Assembly (NCBI RefSeq): GCF_004010195.1 | Contig: NC_057719.1 | Coordinates: forward strand, 92,769,465-92,828,853 | Direction: 5' to 3' | DNA: 59,389 nt | Source: Chiloscyllium plagiosum | Lineage: Eukaryota | Part shown: piece by piece, positions 52,561 to 59,389 of the stretch | Layout: every line of letters starts with the position of its first letter | Position numbering within the stretch: the stretch's first letter is position 1 | The notes under the pieces: model-generated | Told to the model about the DNA's origin: nothing | The model's input: only the letters and a program-made list of their open reading frames with translations | Databases searched by the model: none | Translations under genes and position numbers: made by a program

Positions 52561-53004
52561 TCAATTCAGCTAGTTTCTCCCATGAAGAGAATTTAAATGA
52601 GCTCGCAACCTTTTCTTCACTTCAAGCATTTCTAATATAAACTAAAGCCCCGATTTATATTTAAGATGATATGTTTTACTTTAAAAATTCTTAAAAAGTG
52701 CTCCGCAGGTATCATTTACAAATTAGATGTTCCAATTGGGACCATGTGATATTCCGAATGGACCTCGTAACATGGCACTGCACAGGCGGAGTTGCTAGTG
52801 ACGTGTCAGCTCATTGGCCACGCTCCTCATTCACTCCCATTGGTTGGAGGACCAGCTGGTTCCATTTGGTCCATCAGTCCCTCCCCCTCTTCCTATTTGG
52901 TCGGAAGCTGCCATAAATCAGCTGGAGCCCATTGTGAGGTCAGTGGCAGGACCCTCCCTCTCCCTGAATCAAATCTGGAAGGTTTGCCGATGGTGTCAAT
53001 CAGG

Positions 53005-53102
53005 AACAACAATCAGAAGATGCTGGAAAAACTCCGCAGTCTGGCAGCATCTGGGAACAGAAATCAGAGTTAACGTTTCTGTCCAGTGACCCTTCCTCAG
53101 AA
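53005..53102 (-). mobile_element. PLE pLTR fragment containing a near-intact hammerhead (53067-53102)
   Basis: Minus strand reads tt-CTGAGGA-agg-GTC-actg-GAC-a-GAAA-CGTT^aactc. Confidence 0.7.
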
Positions 53103-53109
53103 AATTGGA

Positions 53110-53310
53110 GTTCCCACAGTGAGGAAGCAGGGCCTTCAGCCCAACAAGTCCACACCGACTCTCCGAAGAGTATCCCACTCAGACCAGTTCCCCTTCCCTA
53201 TTAGTCAACGTTTCTCTTGATTAATGTACCTAACCTACACATCTCTGAACATTGTGCGCAATGTACTTTGGTTAATTCACCTAAACTGCGCATCTATGGA
53301 CTGCAGGAGA
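53110..53310 (-). mobile_element. Truncated HE1 SINE
   Basis: ggcccttcagcccaacaagtccacaccgac-like tail, then aattcacctaaactgcgcatctatggactg. Confidence 0.8.
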
Positions 53311-53639
53311 TAAGAGTTAAAGAGCAAATAATAGATGGAGACACGGCCCAAAGAGAGACAGGAACATGTGGAAAGATAAAGGAGTCGACAACGATCTGGT
53401 TGGGAGGGTGAATAGCTGTTAGGGGAGGGGGCTGGAACCCGTGTCTGGCAGCATCTCAGCGGAAGTGGTGGAAATAGCGGCTGATGATCTATGTTATTTC
53501 TGCAATAAAGACCCTGAACTTCCACTTGTCTGCCACTTTAACACACGAGCGAGTTCCCTGGACAACAACTCTGTCTCATGCTTAATTCAGTGTTCCAGTG
53601 AAGTATGCTGCAAGCTGGCAGAACACTCCAGAACACACT

Positions 53640-55310
53640 AAATTGCCTGCTATTTCAAGGACAACAATTTCCCCGCCCACGCGGTCAACATTACCCTCCA
53701 GAGCATCTCTTCCACTTTCGAATGACCACTCCACCCTTTCAACCAAAGCAAGGATAGAATACTCTTGGTCGTCACCTTCCACCCAGATACAACGCCATAT
53801 CCACTAAGATCTGAACCCCCTTGGAGCGCCTCTCGGTCTCGGGATCGGTCAAAAGAATCATTAGGAGTACAGCCTGTTTAAAGCAAGGTTACCAGTTTAA
53901 TGAATTAAGGCAGCCTGGTGCACATATGTCCAGCAACTCCAAGGTTAAAAGCTTCTGTGTTTCGTGGAGAAATGGCGCAATTACATTAGAAAATTACACA
54001 TTATTAACTTTTTTTAGGAGATAATACAGCCTTAATTACAAGAAAAGACCAAACACATATAATAAGGTGACATGATTTACAGCAGGTTAATCCAACGATA
54101 TATCCGGGGAACGGGTTCTTAATTACAAGAAAAGTTCAATCTACTGGAATAAAGTGACATGATTGACAACAGGTTAATCCAGTGATATTTCTTGAGAAAC
54201 AGATTGTTATACGCACAAAATCACCCCAGTTTTGCGAGTTCAATGCTAGTTCAAATACCAAATCACTGTCTTATAATTCATATTGTGAAAAATCTACTGT
54301 ATTCTCTTATCTTCTATTTAGCTTAACGCAGCAAAGCAACAATACAGGTTCACAGAGTCAAATCATTACTTTCAGCCATTTTGTTGTGTTATCGTAAATT
54401 CAAAAGCCATTTTGTAGTTAATAAAAATCTATGTGTACTTGTTGCTTCTGACAACAACCGAAATTCATTTTTAGATCCTTACCGCCAGCTACAATCAGAC
54501 CCCACTAGCAGAGATATACTTTCCTCCCCATTCCTTTCAGCATTGCGCAGACACCATTCCCTTTGCGACTTCCTCGTTCGGTCCACATCCCCAACAATCC
54601 ATCCTCTACTGAAGGCACTTTGCTTGCCACCGAAAGGCGTATCAAATCTGTGCCCACACCTCCCCCTCACTTCCATCCAACGCCAAAAAGGATCTTTCCA
54701 CATTCAGCAGAGTTTTTCATGCACATCCAATAACCTCACCTTTTGTGTTCTTTTGTCTCGATAATGGTCTCCTCTATACTAAGGAAACATGATGCAAACT
54801 TATGGAATGTTTCAGGCAACATTTCTGGGACATATGCACCACCCAACTCCACCACCCTGCGGCTGATCACTTCAACTCACCCTCCCATTCCGCCAAGGAC
54901 ATGCAATTCCTGAGTCTCCACCACCAGCAAATCCTAGCCACCGGACAACTCGAGAAAGAACACCTCATCTTCTGCCTTGGGACCCTTCAACCACACAGCA
55001 TCAATGTTTCCTCATCTCCCTTCACCGACTGTATCCCAGATCCTGTCCTCCAACTCGATTCTGCCCTCTTGACCTGTCCCACCTGTCCACTTTCCTTTCC
55101 AATTATCCACTCCCTCTCACCATTGCCCCCACCTCAACTTAACTATTGCCATACCAGCTACATCCCCCCCCGCCCCACACAACCTTCTAATTATCTCACA
55201 GCCCTCTTCCCCACCCCTGACAGTCCTGATGAAGGGCTTATGCCCAAACGTCAATTCTCCTGCTCGTTGGATACTGCTGATGTGCTGTGCTTTTCCAGTG
55301 ACACACTTTA
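53640..55310 (+). mobile_element. Decayed PLE C-terminal region (GIY-YIG) and pLTR, split by an LTR
   Basis: HIQQSFSCTSNNLTFC and DHFNSPSHS...LEKEHLIFCLGTLQP. Hammerhead remnant CTGATGA-a-GGGCttatGCCC-AAA-CGTC at 55226-55252 (G12 deleted). Confidence 0.8.
53805..54481 (-). mobile_element. Solo LTR (same ERV-like family as 22934), 677 bp
   Basis: The reverse complement aligns to 22934-23298 (taaactg.taaccttgc, tcttttga..gatc..gag.ccgagagg, agatctt). TSD CCAC/CCGC. It interrupts the PLE. Confidence 0.8.
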
Positions 55311-55343
55311 ATGCAAGCTAGAAGAATAACACTGCATCTTTGT

Positions 55344-55637
55344 GGGCGGCACGGTAGCACAGTGGTTAGCACTGCTGCCTCACAGCACCAGAGAGCCGGG
55401 TTCAATTCCCGCCTCAGGCGACGCACTGTGTGGAGTTTGCACATTCTCCCCGTGTCTGCGTGGGTTTCCTCCGGCTGCTTCGGTTTCCTCCCACAGTCAC
55501 AAAGATGTGCAGGTCAGGTGAATTGGCCATGCTAAATTGCCTGTAGTGTTAGGTAAGGGGTAAATGTAGGGGTATGGGTGGGTTACTCTGTGGACCTGTT
55601 GGGCCGAAGGGCCTGTTTCCACACTGTAATCTAATCT
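55344..55637 (+). mobile_element. Full-length HE1 SINE
   Basis: A box tagcacagtgg, B box ggttcaattcc, V-domain, CR1-like tail and taatct repeats. Confidence 0.93.
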
Positions 55638-56558
55638 TCTACTTGGTGACCCTCCAGCCATCCGGCCACAATATCGAATCCAATAATTTTAGGTACTGAA
55701 CCCTCCCATGTCCTCGGAACCCACCCCACACACTAGGCCTTTCTTTTACATAGCCTGCTATGATACACGATATAGGATAAGCACAGAAACAAATATTCAC
55801 CTTCACCATAAACAGTTATTCACTCTCCCCCTGCCAGGTCGTTATCCACTCCTTTGTGCATTTGCTCCTATCTCTTTGGTCTCTATCCCCACCTATCATT
55901 TACTCCCTAATCCCTTACTTCAGCATATAAACCAACATTTTTTTTTTCTCATTAACATCAGCTCTAGAATGGGTTATCGGATGTTAACTCTGATTTCTCT
56001 TCACAGATACTGCAGGTCTGCTGAGCTTTTCCAATACTTTCTGGTTGTTGTTTGTGATGAGGATTCTAGGTAATCCAAGATGGAGGACGTGAAAACTTTC
56101 TGGCTGTAACAACTGCTCCTTTTTTGAGGTATTTTAGGTGTTTCCTTGAATTCCAGGTGCGGCAATTATTGTTTTATATGCTGTTGCATTGTTTTGAAAC
56201 TTTTGGAGAAAAAAAAAGTCAAAACAACAGCAGTTTTAAAAGGGAGAAGAGACAAAGGAAGCACATGGTGAAGTCAGTGCAGGAGAGACAGAGAGAAAGT
56301 AACTGACACCACAGTGCACCTACGCAGTTACTGCCTTTGCTGTTTAAATTTATTTATCGCTGGACATCGGAGTGTGCCTGGGAAAAATAACGAACTGTAA
56401 AACTCACAACTGATTTTGAAGGAACTGTTTGGGCGAAGTTCACAGCACAGAAACAGATAAGTGAATTGTTTAAAGGATGTGGGTTCTTTCTTGATTATAT
56501 ATTTTTTAAGATATGTCTCTTGGGGTGTAGGTTTGCTCGCTGAGCTGTAGGTTGATAT

Positions 56559-56598
56559 CCAGACGTTTCATTACCTGGCTAGGTAACATCTTCAGTGG
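56559..56598 (-). ncRNA. Minimal type I hammerhead ribozyme, intact core
   Basis: cca-CTGAAGA-t-GTTACCT-agcc-AGGTAAT-GAAA-CGTC^tgg. Confidence 0.8.
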
Positions 56599-56771
56599 CG
56601 ACTTCAAATGAAGTGAAACTGTTGTCTCCTGCTTTCCATTTATATCTTTCTCCTGGATGGGGTTCCTGGGGTTTGTGGTGATGTCATTCACCACAAACCC
56701 CAGGAACCCCATCCAGGAGAAAGATATAATAAGAAAGCAGGAGACAACAGCTTCGCTTCACTTGGAGGTCG

Positions 56772-56811
56772 CCACTGATGATGTTACCGAGCCAGGTCAT
56801 GAAACGTCTGG
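56772..56811 (+). ncRNA. Minimal type I hammerhead ribozyme, intact core with weakened stem II
   Basis: cca-CTGATGA-t-GTTACCG-agcc-AGGTCAT-GAAA-CGTC^tgg. Confidence 0.72.
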
Positions 56812-57129
56812 ATATCAAACCTACAGCTCAGCGAGCAAACCTACACCCTAAACCTCAACCTGAGCTACAAGCCTTCACAAATCTTGCAAAATTATGTCTC
56901 ATGATTAAACTTAAAATACAAGCCATAACTATTAATTTACTTGGAGCAGTGCTTTGTGGAGGAATAAGATGGTGTTATATACTGGTTCTGTAGTTTCTGA
57001 ATGAATATAAAGGGCCTTCAGTCGAGTGATATGCGCTTCTTGTTATCTGTGGGAGTTTAAACAGAGTTTAAGGGTTACTGCGGATTATATTTGCAATAAA
57101 TTCTGTTGTTTACGAATCCTAACTGATCA

Positions 57130-59188
57130 AATGAATCAGTTGGAGAGGCAGTTAAAGGCAATGAGGACTTTGCAACAGCAACAGTATGTAATGGATGGCA
57201 GTTAAAGGAACGGGGAAAGACGCAGATACAGTCACATAGATGGGTTAACTCCAGGAAAGGAAAGGGAGGTAGGCAGCTAGTGCAGTAGACGTCCGTGGCC
57301 ATCCCCATTTCAAACAAGTTTGCTGTTGTGGAAAATGTAGAGGGCGATGGATTCTCGGGGAACGTAGCACAACAGCCAAGCTTCGGGTATTGAGTCGGTC
57401 TCGAAGGCAACGAGGTGTTCGTCAGGTTCTGAGTGATCAATTGTGTTCGGGGACTCTCTAGTCCGAGGTACAGACAGACGTTTCTGTGACAAGCAGCGAA
57501 CAATCAGAATGGTGTGTTGCTTCCCTGGTGCCAGAATCAAGGAAGTCTCAGAGAGGGTGCAGAAGGTTCTCAAGGGGGAGTGGGGCCAACAAGAGGTCAG
57601 TTTTCACATCGGAACCAACGACACAGAAAGGGAAAAGGTTGAGATTCTTAAGGGAAATTACAGAGAGTTAGGCAGGAATTTATCAAGGGGTCCTCGAGAG
57701 TAGTAATTTCTGGACTACTCCCGATGCTACAACTTAGTGAGGGCACAAATACGAGGATAGAGCAAATTAATGCATGGCTGAGGAGCTGGTGTATGGGCGA
57801 AGGATTCATAATTCTGGATCATTGGAATCAGTTTTGGGGTAGAGGTGACCTGTACAAGATTGCACCTAAATTGGAAGGGGACTAATATACTGGCAGGGAG
57901 ATTTGCTACAGCTGCTCGGGAGGATTTAAACTATGAAGGTGAGGGAGCGGGAACCCAGGGAGGTAATGAACAATGATTTAAATCTGGGACTGGTAAAGTT
58001 GAGAACAAAGGCGAGTCAAACAGTCAAGGCAGGCAGGGACAAGGTAAGACTGATGAATTAAATTGCATTTATTTCAATCCAAGGGGCCTAACAGGGAAGG
58101 CAGATTAACTCAGGGGATAGTTAGGAACATGGGACTGGGATATCATAGCAATTACAGAAACATGGCTCAGGATGGACAGAACTGGCGGCTTAATGTTTCA
58201 GGATACAAATGCTACACGAAGGAGAGAAAGGGAGGCAAAAAGGGAGGGGGAGTTGCGTTTTTGATAAGGAATAGCATTACAGCTACACTGAGAGAGGATA
58301 TCCCCAGAAATACAACCAAGGACGTTATTTAGGTGGAACTGAGAATTAACAAATGGCTGATCTCCTTATTGGGATTCTATGAAAGACCCCCCAGTAGTCA
58401 GCAGGATATTGAGAAACAAATGTGTAAGGCGATCTCAGTTATCTGTAAGAATAATAGGCTGGTTATGGTAGAGGATTTAAACTTTCGAAACATAGACTGG
58501 GACTACCTTAGTGTCAAGGGTTTGGATGCAGAGGAATTTGTTTAGTGTGCATAAGAAAATTTTCTGATTCAGTATGTGGTAGCACCTACTAGAGAAGGAG
58601 CAAAACTTGACCTAATGTTGAAAAATACGACAGGAGACTTGACTGAGGTGTCTGTGGGGGTGCACTTTGGGGCCAACGACCATAATTCCATTAGTATTAA
58701 AATAGTGATGGAAAAAGATAGACCAGATCTAAAAGTTGAAGTTATAATTTGGAGCAAGGCCAGTTTTGATGGAATTAGGCAAGAACTTTCAAAAGCTGAT
58801 TGGGCACAGATATTTACAGGTAAAGGGACAGCTGGAAATGGGAATCCTGCAGAAATGAGAGAACGAGAGTACAAATAAAGTATATTCCAGTTATGGTGAA
58901 AGGAAAGGCTGGTAGGTAGAGGGAATGTTCGATGACTGAAGAAATTGAGGGTTTGGTTAGAAAAAAGAAGGAAGCATATGTAAAGAATAGACAGAATGGA
59001 TCGAGTGAATCCTTAAAAGAGTATAAAGGCAGTAGGAGAATATGAAAGAGAGAAATCAGGAGGGCAAAACTGGGACATGCGATAGCTTTGGCAAATAGAG
59101 TTAAGGAGAAAGCAAAGGTTTCATACATTTACATTAAGTACAAAAGCGTAAATAGAGAGAGAGAGAGAGTAGGGCCCCTCAAAGATCC
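57130..59188 (+). mobile_element. Disabled CR1 LINE: ORF1 esterase and ORF2 APE region
   Basis: FGDSLVRGTDRRFC...CFPGARI...HIGTND, then AITETW-type APE and PTREGAKLDL...HFGANDHN. Confidence 0.88.
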
Positions 59189-59389
59189 CTTAGGAATAAA
59201 AGAATGACTAGGGTAGGAATAGGTCCAGTCAAGGATAGTAGTGGGAAGTTGCGTGTGGAGGCGGAAGAGATTGGGGAGACACTGAATGAATACTTTTCTT
59301 CAGTATTCACTCAGGAACAGGGCATTGTTGTCGATGAGAATACTGAGGCACAAATAAGTAGAATGGATGGCTTTGAGGTATGTACAGAA
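59189..59389 (+). mobile_element. Start of a second, 5'-truncated CR1 of another subfamily, running off the window
   Basis: Abrupt restart at aggaataaaagaatgactagg (RNKRMTR...SGKLRVEAEEIGETLNEYF), which repeats the ORF2 position just passed. Confidence 0.75.

Larger units (their letters stand above)
56523..56887 (+). mobile_element. Palindromic PLE-derived mini-element with two hammerheads
   Basis: Arms 56523-56681 and 56688-56848 with a 6-nt loop and a 39-bp unpaired tail. TSD-like flanks aagatatgtctcttg / aaattatgtctcatg. Sequence is homologous to the pLTR at 6254-6470. Confidence 0.88.
56053..57125 (+). mobile_element. Probable LTR (3' end lost), host of the palindromic PLE insertion
   Basis: Begins TGTGATGA, has AATAAA at ~57095 and is then cut by CR1 sequence. 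No terminal CA or TSD was found. Confidence 0.5.

Overview
Repeat-dominated vertebrate genomic DNA, almost certainly from a cartilaginous fish (HE1-type SINEs, HER1/CR1 LINEs, shark-type Deu-SINE head). One host gene is supported: an intact two-exon, minus-strand class A orphan GPCR of the GPR139/GPR142 type (exon 1 43753-43606, exon 2 4754-3859, 347 aa). Its phase-matched GT-AG intron is 38,851 bp. The rest is nested mobile DNA: many CR1 LINEs (one near full length with an esterase ORF1), HE1 SINEs, at least five solo LTRs with 4-bp TSDs, a ~41-bp minisatellite, and remnants of several Penelope-like (PLE) families. Two things stand out. (1) Tiny TSD-flanked palindromic insertions carry head-to-head minimal hammerhead ribozymes (40180-40404, 56523-56887). 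(2) An ORF1-less APE-RT LINE has a tRNA-derived (A/B-box) SINE-type head at its 5' end and inserted as one unit (7558-13226). Boundaries of decayed repeats are approximate and were read by eye. There is an assembly gap at 1272-1531.
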